Assembly: GCF_009914755.1 (NCBI RefSeq)
Contig: NC_060934.1
DNA length: 64,000 nucleotides
Direction: 5' to 3' (one strand)
From: the human T2T-CHM13v2.0 reference genome, Homo sapiens
A model generated the notes under the pieces. That model saw nothing but the letters and a program-made list of their open reading frames with translations, had not been told where the DNA came from and made no database searches. Both the position numbers and the translations under genes were made by a program. Numbering within the stretch: position 1 is the first letter of the stretch; every line of letters starts with the position of its first letter. Below are positions 20,481 to 37,886 of this stretch, in pieces.

Positions 20481-21127
20481 AAATGAGGTCTAGGGAACTC
20501 CAAGGCTACTTAGAGTAGGTGGGATAGAGACATGGGTGAGAGTGGATAATTCTTATTCTCTAGGTCCTCCCTGCTTCATGGGTGCAAGCTGCTTTGGCAC
20601 CTATGGGCAGCACCTGCCAAGGTTGCCAGGACTCAGGGATCCAAGGATGGAAGAGGGAAAGAGGACACTCTTCTTTCTCTCCCACACATACCCCGGGTAT
20701 ATCTGCTAGGAAGAGAGGGGAACCAGGCACGCCTGCTCCCTTCTTTCTAAATGGGTAGCCATTCATCTTCAGTTTGTGACCCTTTCGAATGCATCCTGAA
20801 ACACTGGGACTCCTTTGATAAAAACAACTTTTCCTTTCTCCTCCTCTGTCCTCTCCATACTGTGGGACACTTTCCTCAGATGCATTCTCCGAACTGGAAA
20901 AAGTTAATTTCCCAAACCTTAAACTGGTTGGCTTAGCATTGGGCTCAGGGGAAGGGAACCCAGAAGCCCAATATGCTGGCAAAAAGTTCAAGTTTTGTTG
21001 TTGTCGTTGTTGTTTTACCAGTTGGGCTTTTGGCTTCCCTCTCCCTGTGCAAACTGGTGAAAGGCCTTGGGACTTTGGAGCTGTCCTTACCCCTCCTCTT
21101 GTTTTGTTTTGATACATGTTTTCTAAT
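20481..21127 (+). mobile_element. ERV1 leader and gag-start relic (MER4-group internal)
   Basis: ORF at 20751 MGSHSSSVCDPFECILKHWDSFD resembles the class I HERV gag N-terminus (MG...PLxCILxxWDxFD). Confidence 0.65.
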
Positions 21128-21495
21128 GACTCTGATGCCAAAAGAGCATCCTACTTCTTGGCCAGCTTCTCGACCAGTTTCTTATTCTGGTTGAATTTTT
21201 TCAGCACCTCGATGTCCATGTGTGGGATATCCACAGCCTTGGCCTCATTACAGTGCTGCTGTTTCTCCAGGACACACACAGAACTTAGAGCGGGGAGTGG
21301 ACTTAAGCCTGATGGTGCCCGAGAAGCATTTGCCCTGGAGGTCATAGTTCATCAAACTTATCTGCAACTCCAGTCTCCAAAAACTTGGGGCACTTGCACT
21401 CGTCCCCATGCAGGGCCTTCCTGCACCACCTCATACAGGGTGTCCTGAGAGACTTTACTGCTCATGGCTCCTCATGCCATGGTAATTGGAAAGGG
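21128..21495 (-). pseudogene. RPL10A: RPL10A processed pseudogene, 5' half only
   Basis: Pyrimidine-start 5'UTR, ATG at 21465, [12 protein letters not shown]... then (frameshifted) [50 protein letters not shown]. Intronless. Homology stops at 21128 with no polyA tail. Confidence 0.93.
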
Positions 21496-21499
21496 AGCT

Positions 21500-23700
<2,201 letters not shown>

Positions 23701-24674
23701 GCAAGGAAGCTCACTCAGTGTGGGTCTGGCCCTCAGCAGGATGCTCTGGGCTGGTGATGTACATTTGCAGGTTACCAATATGTACAGCGAGGGGTGCCTT
23801 GGGAGTAAATTAAAGTCCCTCAGGAAAGGGGTACAGAGTGAGAAGAGAAAATCCTAAGATAGAGCCCTAAGGAACATGGAAATATATGTAGGAAGTGAAG
23901 TGATAAGTCTATTATAAGGATTTTAGAGAAATGCCCCTAAGCCATTTGTAGTCTAGAGTTTCTGATATGATTCCAGAGTGTAGTCATTATCCAGAAATTT
24001 GATAAGTCACCAGATGAGATTACTCTGGGTCTACTGGGTGACCTGCTTCCTTTGGGAACATCACTAGGAGATCAAGATAACAGCACATCTAGAATCACAG
24101 GAAAGGCCTATAGGGCCAGGAATACCATATCTCCACACACGAAGGCAGTGTTCAGCCTTAGTTTCTACACTAATAGACCACCATGGAAATTAACAAAAAC
24201 TGGTAATAATAACAATAACTATAGTGAAAATTAAGTAGAAAATGAAGAAATCAAAAAGAAAATGAAAAAGGGAAAAGTCTGCATCTATAAAACAGACAGA
24301 TTTTGGATTTCTAGACCTAAATTAAACACCCAGACTGTCTCCTACTGTTTGGTTCACCTTGGACAGCTTAATAGCCAAATGTCTTTGAGTCCCAGTTTGC
24401 ATATTTTTCATATAGGGAATAATTGTATTAGAACTTTCGGCTTTGTAGATTTTAAGAACTGTACACATAAAAAGTGTTCTTTTTAAGACTTGACCATGAT
24501 TTTGTTTTAAAAAAAATTGTCATGGTAAATAAATGAAAAATAATATGAATAATTTTAATTTTTGGATAATTTTTGTACATTTATCTTTTTTACCTCTAGG
24601 GTCATAGTTTCCTAAAGGTAAATTCCTTTTTTTTGCTCTTTAAAATTTTTTTATACCCCCCCCCAAAAAAAAAT

Positions 24675-24790
24675 GAGATGAGGTCTCAGTATGTTGGCCA
24701 GGGTAGTCTTGAATTCTTGGCCTCAAGCAATCCTCCCACCTCGGCCTCCCAAAGTGCTAGGAATACAAGCATGAGCCACCACACCCAGCC
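24675..24790 (-). mobile_element. Alu left monomer (FLAM-like)
   Basis: ctcaagcaatcctcccacctcggcctcccaaagtgct. Confidence 0.8.
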
Positions 24791-27700
24791 TAGGTGCAAA
24801 TTCCTTTTAAGAGCTTGTTCAATGATATAAAAGCCCAGCTTGAAAATTTCAAGTGTAATACTTTCTCTAGTTAGAGATAATACATCTCTATTTCTGTATT
24901 TGAGTTAAAACATGTTTGTTAAGGATATGACATTCAAATATTTTGAATGTTAACATTTTTTAATATTTACTTCTTGACCAAGAAAGCAATTCTTTTCATA
25001 TGCATGTAAACTACTGTGAAAGTACAGATTGGCTGATGCTGATGCTATGTAATAGCATTTTAAATTTTGTTTTGTCTTGTGAAGTTTAGATGATAAACTT
25101 GTTTATGGATTCTCCTTAAAACTTGCTTCCCTTGATTAAATTCAATAAAAACAGAAAAGTGTAGTTGGAATTGATTTCTGGAATTATACCTGTTAAGGAT
25201 TTGAAAATTAATGTCTCTTGGTTCCCTGAAGTTTGATATTATTTATGCGGCTCTTATTCTATCATTTGAACGTAAGCTTTCACTTTTGATGAGGTGGAAA
25301 TTAAATGAGGCTAAGGAAAGTAGTGGCATGAGCTTATATTGTTATAGTACATTGTTCCAAGGAGATATTTAAAAATGAATATCAGAGTCTGAATTTTTCT
25401 TCTTTGGTAAATGAAAATGGAAATAACTAGCTAAACTGCTTCTTTTAATGGAATTTAATAATATAAAATTAAACTAATAGAAGTTAAAATAAATTTGTGA
25501 GAGTTATGAAAGTACTTCCAAGAGCATACAAAGTAGCTAGAGTTCTTACTTATTTATTGTTATTTATTACAGCATTCGGAATAAAGAAAAACAAATCATT
25601 GACATTGTCTTTGTTAGGATTCATTCACTGAATGCCCACTATGTACCTGGTATGGTATTTTCAAGCTGCTCTCTTCAGAATTATTATTGAGGTAACTAAT
25701 TATATTTTCCTGGGTTAGAGTATCTTCTGGACTAGATTAATATGAATATTATTACATTAGTTTAAAACTTGCTAAAAGCTTTTTGTTTGTTTGTTTCCAT
25801 TTATAATGTCTAGGGAAACTGGATAAAATGAAAAAAAGTTTAATCACTTTTTTCTATTGTAAAATGAGTGGCTTCTTGAAAGTTTTTTTGGGTAAAGGAG
25901 ATGATGATATGACCACGTATTAGAATATTATGCAAAAATTTAGAACTATGCTATGAAAGAACATTTAAGGACACTAACATACCATTGAGTGCAAAAAGCA
26001 GAATATAAACCTTAATTACAGCATGATACAATTTTATCATTGTTAGATAGGCAGATGGAATATAGGAAAGAACAAGAATGAAATATAAAAGGCAGTTAGG
26101 TCTCAGTAGGATTATGAGTGATTTTCTTTTTTCATTATGAAGGCTTTTTTTAACACAGTTAAAAGCAAACGTTTTCTGATTATAGAAACAATGAATATCA
26201 TTAAAATAAATGAAAACTGATGTACAGTAGAAAACATTTTCAAAATTTAAAGATATTATTTAAAATTATTTTTTAAGCCACCACAAAGAAAATAAATTAC
26301 AAAATTTATGTTTTTTTTCATTAGGGTGTATTTACCATGATCCTTTTAATGTTCACAAATGAACTACTAAAGGCAGGTAAATTTGATGGATGAACATGTA
26401 CTAAGTAGGATTTATTTTAGATGATACTTTAGGGCCCTGGTTCAAAAGTGTGGCCCAGGGATCAGCAGCAGCAACATCTCTTGAAAACTTGTTACAAGTA
26501 CATACTTGGGGCCCAGCAATGTATGTTTTTACAAGTGATTTTGATCCATGCTTAAATTTGGGAAATATTGCTTTAGGATTTTGAGTTATGAGACTGAGCT
26601 AGAACAATTTCTCAAAAATTTTATTCTAGAAAATTTCCATCTAACATTTGCCTTCTCTCTCTTATTTCTCCCTATTTCTCTCTGCCTCTCTGTTACACAT
26701 AACTTACAGTTTTTGTTGAATGTTTATATATTTACCTTGTTTCTCCAAAATATGTGAGGCATGTAAATACAGGTGTTAAAAATGCAACAATATACTAACA
26801 ATAGCAAAGACTCATTTACTGCTATCTATCTTCTATGTATTGTTTTAAGTACTTTACCTATAGTATGTCATTTAACTTAATTATTAATAATAACCCTATG
26901 AAACAGTTATTAATAAATCCCCATTTTACAGACAAGGAACCTGAAGCACATGGCTAAATAACTTGCTAAGAGCATACATCCAATAAATGGCAGAATCCAA
27001 GCAATCTTATTTTGCAGCCTGAGCCCACAAACAGTTCACTGCGGTGTTTCTTGAAAGTGAAATTAGTGGAGTGACAACAGCAAGTTGGCCCCAGTCTTCA
27101 CTCCCTCCAACAGAAAGATTAACCAGCAACTATCCACAGACAAAAATATGTTATTGAAACTCCACAGTGTAGGAATAAGCCTGAGTCAATGCTTTTCTTC
27201 ATTTCCATGGAACTAAATAAAATTCCCCATTGAAAGCTGAAAGAAACAGTCTTGCTTTGACCATGTCATCCTTCCCTCTTCCTCAAGTTGCCACAGCACC
27301 ACACAGGATTCCCCAGGGCTCATGGTTCCTACAGTCAAAAAAGAGAGGTGAGGAGGTAGACATCTAACTTCTCTGACACTTCCCAGGAAGCCTACTCCAC
27401 TCCCACCTCACAGGAAATAGGAAACAGGAGGACATGGCACAGCCAGATCACCTGGGGTCACAACGAAACAAAGCAAGAGGGCAGAGCCCACGGAGACCAG
27501 TGGGTAGATCTTGATGAAAGCTCAGTGTACCTACCAGGAGTACGTGATCAGAGATATCAGGTAATAGCATAGATCACCTGCAAAGTCAAGCTGGTCACTC
27601 CCAGAAGAGGTGGGAAGGACTACTAGGCTTGAATCCCTCGATAGCCAGCCTCCATGTCCAGCCTTTGACCCTACCCCTAGGAGCTCCTCAGGGAATGAGG

Positions 27701-28852
27701 AAACCCTTTCCCTACCCACTGGCGGTGAATTTCCACAACGAGTAGACACTAGATCTGCCATAAACTGAAGCTTAATGTTTCACACAGCCCCAAAGCCTAT
27801 CCCTTAGACCCTACATAGCGAGAAAGACAATCACTGCTGCAAATTTTGACAATAAGCAGGTATTAGTTTTGCCACAGTCAGGAATGTAATATACTGAGCA
27901 TAGCGTTTAGTCCATTCATCACAATCCAATTAACTTTAGGGTCCCTCCTGCAACTTTGTCCAACTGATGAGTCCAGATAGCAGTATATTCCAGCTGGAGA
28001 ATATACTCTGTAGCCCAGCCAGATCAGAAGTGACTTTAGTGCCCACACAGAAGCTCAGCCTCATAGCAGGGCTTAGCTGGTGGTCTTGCTGGATAGCAGA
28101 GCATAGCCAGCTGTTCCACCCAAATCCAGAGAAAAGGCAGTGACCCAGACATCTAGAGAACCTGAATGCAAGCTCTGCCTGCCCAGATTCATTACCAGCT
28201 GGCCCATTCAGAATTATAGCATAGACTAACTAGTGAAGGTCTATCTCTGCCAAAGAACTCTTATAAATGCCAGAAAAGGTGGCTTTCTCTGAAAATGCAT
28301 AAACAGCAATGCAGGAACACAAAGATTACACAGATTTGAGAAATCATGACACCTCCAAAAGAAACTAACAAAGGTCCAACAATGGACACTAAAGAAAGGG
28401 AAATTTATGAAATGACAAAAAAATTTAGAATAATCCTCTTAACAAAGTTAAGTGAACCTCAAAAACATATAGATAAAAATTAAATAAAATGTGTAAAACA
28501 ATACATGAACAATATGAGAAGTTTGACAAAGAAATAGAAACAATTAAAAAATACCCAAATAGAAATCCTAGAGATGAAGAATACAATGCTTGAACTGAAA
28601 AATGCAATAAAAACTTCAACAGTCTGCTTGATCAAATTGGAGAAAGAATGAATGAACTCAAAGACAGTACTTATGAAATTTCCCAATCAAAGGAGCAAAA
28701 GGAAAAAAAGAAAAAGAATAAAGTAGGACCGTGGGAATTATGGGACACCACTGAGGCCTAACCTATGCATAATACACATTTCACAAGGAGAAGACAGAGT
28801 AAAAGGGCCGGAAAACATATTGAAAGAAATATTGGATCAAAAAGTCATTAAT

Positions 28853-29204
<352 letters not shown>

Positions 29205-32086
29205 TCATCAACTAAGTTCAACCCAAAAAGGAGTTCACCAAGACATATAATAATCAAACTATCAAAAATCAAAAACAAAAAATTTCTGAGAGCAGCAAGA
29301 GACAAGCAATATATTACCTACAAAGAAGTCTCAATACAATCATCAGTAGACTTCTCAGCAGAAACTCTCTAGGCCAGTGCGATAGTATTTTCAAAGTGCT
29401 GAATGAAAAAAAAAAAAAAACAACCCTGCCAACCAAGAATGCTCTAACCACCAAAGCTTTCAGAAATGAGAGAAATAAAAGCTTTCCCAGGCAAATAAAA
29501 GCTAAGAAAATTCATCATGATTAGGCCTCTCTTACAGGAATTACTAAAAGAAATTCTTTAAGCTAAAAAAAAAAATGCTTCTAACTAGTAACATAACATT
29601 TAGAAAAGCACAAAACCTAATGGTATACATAATAAATAGCAATATTCAGAATACCCTAGGACTGTAATCATGGTATGTAACATAATTTTATCCCTAGTGT
29701 AATGGTTAAAGGATGGAATTATTAATAACAACTATAGCTAAAATAAATTGTCAGGAGATATATATTATAAAATGTTAATTTAGACATCAAAAGCATAAAA
29801 TTTGGAAGAGGGGAGTAAAAGTGCAGAATTGTTACATGTAATCAAAGTTAAGCTGTTATCAGTTTGAAGTAGACTGTTATAAGTGTAAGATATTCTAGGA
29901 AAATCTCATGGTAACCAAAAAGTGAAAAAACATTCAAAACATACCACTACAGGAAACCATACACCATAGCAAACTATAAAGGAAAACAACAAGACAGGAA
30001 GAAAGAAATAAAGTAACTACAAAACAACCAGAAAACAACAAAATGGCAATAGTAAATCTTTATGCAACTGTAACCTTGAATGAAAATAGATTAAATTCTC
30101 TAATCAAAAGACATAGAGTGATGAATGAACTAAAAAAATGAGACCCAAGTACATACTGCCTACACACTTCACTTTTCAAAGAACACAGAGATTGAACATT
30201 AAAGGATGGAAAAAGATATTCCACACAAAAGGAAACCAAATGAGAACAGGGGTAGTGATAGCTACATTAGAGAAAATAGACTTTAAGTCAAAAAGTATTT
30301 TAAAAAGACAAAGAAGGGCATTATATAATGATAAAGGGGTCAATTTATCAATAGGATATAACAATTATATATGCACCTAACAATGTAGCACCTGAATCTA
30401 TAAAGGAAATATTAAAGTATCTGAAGGGAAAGGTATATTTCAATACAATGTAAGTAGAGGATTTAATACATCACTTTCAATATTGTATAGACATAAAATC
30501 AATAAGAAAACAGTGGACTTGAGCAACATTTTAGACTAACTGGACCTAGCAGACATGCACAAAACATTCCAAACCAACAACAACCAAATACACATTCTTG
30601 TCAAGAGCACACAGAACATTTTCCAGAATAAACCATATATTAGGTCACAAGGCAAGTCTAAGCAAATTTAAGAAGATTGAAATCATATCTAGTATTTTTT
30701 TCTGATCACAATGGGTTAAGACTAAAAATCTGTAACAGTAAGACTTTCAGAAAACTCACTGAAATTAAACAACATGCTCCTGAATAGCCAGTTGATCAGT
30801 GAACAAAATAAAAGGGAAATTAAAAAATGTCTTGAGACAAATGAAAATGGAAACACAACATACCAAAATTTAGGAATGCAGCAAGAGAAGTTCTGAGGGG
30901 TAAGTCTGTAGCAATAAGTGCCTATATCAAAAAGAAAAAATATTTCAAATAAATAATGTTACACCTTAAGAAAACATAAAAAGAACAAACTAAGCCCAAT
31001 GTTAGCAAAAGAAAATAAATAAGAATTATCACAGAAATAAATGAAATAGAAACCAGAAAAATGATTTAAAAAATCAATAAAACTATAAAACTAAGAGTGG
31101 TTATTTGAAAAATTAAACAAATTTGACAAACCTTTAGCTGGACTAAGAAGAAAAGACTCAAATAAAATCAAAAATAAAAGTGGAGACATTACAACTGATA
31201 ACTACTGAACCACAATCATAAGAAACTATTATGAACTATTATATGCCAACAAATTGGATGACCTAGAATAAATAAATTTCTAGACACATACAACCTATCA
31301 AGACTGAATGACAAAGAAATACAAAATCTGAGCAGATGAATAACAAGTGAGAAGATTGAACCAGTAATAAAAAGTCTGTCATCAAGAAAAGCCCAAGGCC
31401 TGATGGCTTCACTGCTGAATGCTGCCAAACATTTAAAGAACTATTACCAATTCCCCACTGACTTTTCTAAAAAAATCACAGAGGAAAGAATACTTCCAAA
31501 GTCTTTTTACAAAGTCAGCATTACCCCTGTACTAAAGCCAGACAAGGACATCACAAGTAAAGAAAACTACAGGCCAATATCCTTGATAAATATAGATGCA
31601 AATATCCTCAACAAAATACTCACAAATAAAATTCAACAACACATGAAAAGGATCATTTACCATGATCAAATGGGATCTATCCCTGGGATGCAAGGATATA
31701 TCCACATTGACAAATTATTAAATGTGATACACCACACTGACAGAAAAAATAAGTCATATGATCATCACATTAGATGCAGAAAGAAACACTTCACAAAATT
31801 TAACATCCTTTCATGGTAAAAAAAATAAACACTCAAATTGTATATAGGAGAAATGTACTTCATAATAAAGGCCATATATAATCTCACAGATAACATTATA
31901 CTCAATGGTGAAAAATTAGAGCCCTTTCATCTAGATCCAGTATAAGACAAGGATGCCCATTCTCATCACTTCTATTCAACATAGTATTGGACGTCCTTGA
32001 AAGAAGAGTAAGTTAAGAGAAAGAAATAAAAGGCATCCAAATAGAAAAGGAAGAAGTGAAACTGTTGTTTGCTGATGACATGATCT

Positions 32087-32603
32087 TGTAGGACAGAAGA
32101 CTCCAGATTGGGGCTTAGTCCAAGAGGGTTTTGGCTTCACCCAGGAAATAATTCAACAGTAAGCCAGTGGTGGTAGACAGCAATCATATTAAATGGTACT
32201 TCTCCTTGAAGAGCACAGCTGACTCATTGGCCACGTGCCCAGGTTTTGCATCACAAGGGATCTTGGCAACTTTATTTATACTCAGATAAATCTGCTTTCA
32301 ATTATAGGAAAATTAAGGGGTGGATCAATGCAAATTCAGGGTGGATTATTTAGAACTCTCTAGGAAAAAGGCCATAACTTCCAGGTTGTTGGCAAAGGGG
32401 GTGGTAACTTCTAGGTCATTGTCATGGCATGTGTAAACTGTCATGGTGCTAGTGGGGAGTGTCTTATGCCTATGAGCAAGGAGGGCAGCTAGGGATCACT
32501 TTCATCATCATCTGCTGGTTCCTGCCAGTTTCTTCACTTTATCCTGTCTGGACCAGATCTTGTTTTGTGACCAGGAAGTAAGTCTTGCCGGTCTCTTACC
32601 TCA
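32087..32603 (-). mobile_element. Solo ERV1 LTR (MER50-like) inserted in L1 ORF2
   Basis: TG...CA termini with 4-bp TSD atct at 32083-32086 and 32604-32607. Inserted just after the FADDM RT motif (tttgctgatgacatg). Confidence 0.85.
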
Positions 32604-34955
32604 ATCTTACATATAAGAAACTCTAAAGAATCCACCAAAAAAAAAAAACTGTTAGAGCTTATCAACAAATTTAGTGAAGTTACAGGATATGAAATCAACA
32701 TGGAAAAATTAGTAGGATTTCTTTTCACTAACAACAAACTTTGGAAAAGAAATCGAGAGAATAATCCCATTTATAATAACTATAAAAAATAAAATAGGAA
32801 TAAATTTAATCAAGGAGGTGAAAGACTTTTACACCAAAAAGTATAAAACATTAATGAAAAAAATTTAAGACACAAATATATGGAAATAATTCTGGCTGGA
32901 ATAATTAATATTGCAAGCCATGTATCTGATAGAGAATTAGTATTCAAAATACCTAAGGAACTCAACTCTATAGAAAGAAAACAATCTGATTAAGAAATAT
33001 GCAAAGGACCTGAATAGATATTGTAAGAATTACACTATGCAAAGCAATTTACAGATTTATTGCAATTCTTATCAAAATCCCAATGTCATTTTTCATAGAT
33101 ATAGAGAACACAGTCCTAAAATTCATATGGAACCACAAAAAACTCTTAATGGCCAAGGCAATCATTAGCAAAAGGAGCAAAGCCAGAGGCATCACACTAC
33201 CTGATTTCAATCTATACTGTACTACAAAACAGTAGTAATTAAAGCAACATAGTACTGGCAAAAAAGTAGACACATTGACCAATGGAACAGAAGAGAGAGC
33301 ACAGAAATTAAACCACACATCTGTGGTCAATTGATTTTTGACAAAGGTGCTAAGAATATACAATGGAAAAAGAGCACTGTCTTCAATAAATGGTATTGGG
33401 AAAACTGGATATTTATATGCAAAAGAAATACACTGTATACACACTGTATACAAAAATCAACTGAAAATGGGTTAAAGAAACATAAAACCTGAAAGCGTGA
33501 AACTACTAAAACAGGGGAAGAGCTACATGACATTGGCCTGGATGATAACATTTTTAGATTTCACCTCGAAAGCACAGGCAACAAAGGCAAAAATAAACAA
33601 ATGGGATTACATTCAAATAAAAAGCTTATTTAAAACAAAGGAATTAGCAGAGTGAAGACACAACCTAGGGATTAGGAGAAAATATTTGCAAACCATATAC
33701 CTGATAGAAAACTAATACCCAAACTATACAAGAAACCCAACTCTATGGGAAGAAAATCTAGTAATCTGATTAAGAAATAAGTAAAGGGCTTTCGCAGATA
33801 TTTCTTTAAAGACATACAAATGGGTAACAGATACATAAAAAATGTTCAGTATCACTAATCATTAGGGAGATGCCAATTAAAACCACAACAAGATATTACT
33901 TTACACCTGTTAGAGTGGCTATCATCAAAAGGACAAAAGACCAGCATTGGCAAGGTCTGGAGAAAAGGGAACTTATGCACTGTTGGAAGAAATGTAAATT
34001 AGTGTAGCCATTATAGAAAACTGTATGGAGATTCCTCAAAAAACTAAAAATAGATTTGCCATATGATCTAGCAGTCCTACCTTTGGGTATTTACCCAAAG
34101 ATTTTAAATCGGTATGTTGAAGAGATGTCTGCACACCCATGTTTATTGCACCCGTATTCATAATAGCCAAGCTGTGGGATTAACCTAAGTGCCCATCAAC
34201 AGATGAATGGAGTTTTGAAAATATGGAATGTATGTACAATGAAATAGTATTCAGCCTGAAAAAAGAAAGTTTGTAATTTGTAGCAACATGGATAGAATTG
34301 GAGAACATATGCTAAGTGATAAGCCAAACACAGAAAGGCAGATTGCCACATGTTCTCACTTATATGTGGAATATAAAACAATTGCAGTTATAGAAGTAGA
34401 GAGTAGAATGGTGGTTACCAGAGGCTGGTGGGTAGAGGGGATGAGGAGATGATAAGCAAAGGGTACAAAGCCTAAGATTGGAGGAATAAGTCTGCTTCTT
34501 TTTGAGATCTGTTGCATAGCATAGTGAATATAGATAATAATTGAGTACTGTACATTGTATCATTAAGAGACTATAGCTCCAATGTTCTCATCATGAAAAT
34601 GTCAAATATTTAAGGTGATGGACAGTTTTATAACTTATGATTCTACCTATATTTTAAAAAATCACTTTGTACCTTATAAAACTATAATTTGTCAAAATAT
34701 AAACTTTTAAAAAAATTAGGAATAAGGGATGAATGAGAAATAAAATGGCAAGATGAATACACAATCTATTCTGCAAGTTTTATATAGTCGCTAAATGTGG
34801 CCCATGAATTTGCCTGTAGCACCAGCAGAAAGTAAAAAAGGATAAAATACAAAATTTATAATCACCAAAATATGTAATCAAGCCAGTTTTCAGAAAGGTC
34901 ACAAATGAGTTTTGAGAGAAACATTTTTTGTGTCTCTGCATTCTCAGAAGGATGC

Positions 34956-35319
34956 TGTATTAGTCTGTTCTCATGCTGCTAATAAAGACATACCCGAGAC
35001 TGGGTAATTTATAAAGGAAAGAGAGGTATTATGGACTCACAGTTCCACATGACTGAGGAGACTTCACAATCATGGTGGAAAGTGAAGGAGGAGCAAAGGC
35101 ACATCTTACATGGGGGCAGGCAAGAGAGTGTGCAGGGGGATTGCCCTTCATAAAACCATCAGATCTCGTGAGACTTACTCACTATCATGAGAACCACATG
35201 GGAAAAACCCACCCCCATAATTCAATTACCTCCTGCCTCGTCCCTTCCATGACACATGGGGATTATGTGAACTACAATTCAAGATGAGATTTGGGTGGGG
35301 ACACAGTCAAACCATATTA
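34956..35319 (-). mobile_element. THE1-family MaLR LTR
   Basis: tgtattagtctgttctc...gagatttgggtggggacacag...aaaccatat. Confidence 0.9.
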
Positions 35320-35435
35320 TATGCCATTGTAATTTTCATTTTATTCATTTCACTATTTATACAATAATTATTTCTTGAACACCTTCTATTTGTTAGGGTT
35401 GTGCTGTTTATTTGAGGATAGAAAGAATAAAACAG

Positions 35436-35736
35436 GGCCAGGCGCAGTTGCTCATGCCTGTAATCCTGGCACTTTGGGAGACTGAGGTGGGTGGATCACC
35501 TGAAGTCAGGAGTTCGAGACTAGCCTGACCAACATGGAGAAACCCCATCTCTACTAAAAATACAAAATTAACTGGTCATAGTGGTGCAATGCCTGTAATC
35601 TCAGCTACTCAGGAGGCTGAGGCAGGCTGAGGCTTGAGCCTGGGAGGTGAAGGTTGCGGTGAGCGGTGATCACGCCATTGCACTCCAGCCTGGGCAACAA
35701 GAGTGAAACTCTGTCTCAAAAGGAAAAAAAAAAAAA
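35436..35736 (+). mobile_element. AluS (Sp-like)
   Basis: Full Alu with TSD aaagaataaaacag. Confidence 0.92.
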
Positions 35737-36156
35737 GAATAAAACAGAATCCATGTCTTATAGATAAGCAGGGTCTAGGGTGAAAGAATAATGGCTGTAT
35801 CTTTCTTTGGCTTTCATCACTTCGTGTTTGAGGGAGGAGTAAGAAAATATAATGACAGGCAGGAGCGGACTTGGATTGAGGTTGCAGTAGGAGATGAGGC
35901 CTGAAGGAGTATTTGAAACAAAAATGAAGCACTCATGTGGGCTGACAGTGCCTGGTCACAGAAACACCATTCATTCCTTTGACTTGACTACATCTATTTC
36001 TAACTACAAACTGTCATTTAAGGATACCTCTCGATGACCTGGACTCTGAGTTTGGGAGGTTCCTTGGATTCTTAGGAAATCATGTGGCTTTGGTGATCAA
36101 GTGAAGCCGGGTGGTAAGAGGATGCAAAGTCAGCTGGTTTCAGAAAGGCTCTGAAC

Positions 36157-36188
36157 TGTGTGTGTGTGTGTGTGTGTGTACGTGTGTA
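36157..36188. repeat. (TG)n microsatellite
   Basis: Direct inspection. Confidence 0.9.
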
Positions 36189-36334
36189 TACATACATTTA
36201 TCACTAACAGAGTGATGTATGCCTGACTGCCTGACCAAAGATGACCCTTTCACCTCTGTAAATAACCCTTAAAAGCTGTACGTAGACTTTTAAAATTGCT
36301 TTTCCTCCTTTCTCCATCCAGAATTTATCTAATT

Positions 36335-36548
36335 TATCTTGGTCTTTTTGGGCTGCCATAACAAAATATCATAAACTCGGTAGCTTATATACAACAGAAA
36401 CTTATTTTTCACAGTTTTGGAGGCTGGGAAATCCAAGATCAAGATGCTGGTAGATTTGGCGTCTGGTGAGGGCCCATTTCCTTTTTCATCTATGGTGCCA
36501 TCTTGCTGTATCCCCACATGATAGAAGGGGCAAGGGAGCTCTTTAAGG
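36335..36548 (-). mobile_element. MLT1-family LTR fragment
   Basis: ggctgccataacaaaatatcata...ggaggctgggaaatccaagatcaag. Confidence 0.8.
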
Positions 36549-36549
36549 C

Positions 36550-36720
36550 CTTTTTTTTTCTTTTAGAGACAAAGTCTCACTATGATGCCCACACTGGAGT
36601 GTAGTGGCTATTCACAGGCACAGTCATAGTGCACTGCAGCCTCAAAACCCTGGAATCAAGCAGTCCTCCAACCCCAGCCTCCTTACTAGCTGGGACTATA
36701 GGTGCATGTTACCATGCCCA
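36550..36720 (-). mobile_element. Old Alu monomer
   Basis: PolyT, gagacaaagtctcact...agctgggactataggtg. Confidence 0.75.
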
Positions 36721-36759
36721 TCTCTGAGACTCATTCATGAGGAGCTGGACTTGCCTCAT

Positions 36760-37533
<774 letters not shown>

Positions 37534-37886
37534 GCATGATGCTAGCATATGTGTTTCATTTTTAATTTGAAACAATAGATATCTAGTGATCTTTTCTGGA
37601 CTGCTTTTGAGTAGGAAGAAGAAGAAGAGCAAACTCATTCAGAAGCCTGGATACTACACTTGAATTATTTAACAGGGTCTATCACTTAGAGTGGGGTTTG
37701 AAGGCTGTGTTGAGAAATAAGCATAAAGATCTTTGGCATGTTCACTAGAGAATAGATTTTCCTTCTAGGCAGTGATAATCATATCCCCACCCATTTTTCA
37801 TGGAACGGTGAGAAGTTGTCACATCTTGAGTTTCCCAAGAGAAAGCAGCACCACTTACTTTTCTTTGTTTTTGTTTCCTCTTTCAG

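Noticed and set aside
20560-21141. 193-aa minus-strand ORF
   Set aside because: It is the antisense reading of ERV leader sequence crossing the RPL10A junction, with no recognisable homology.
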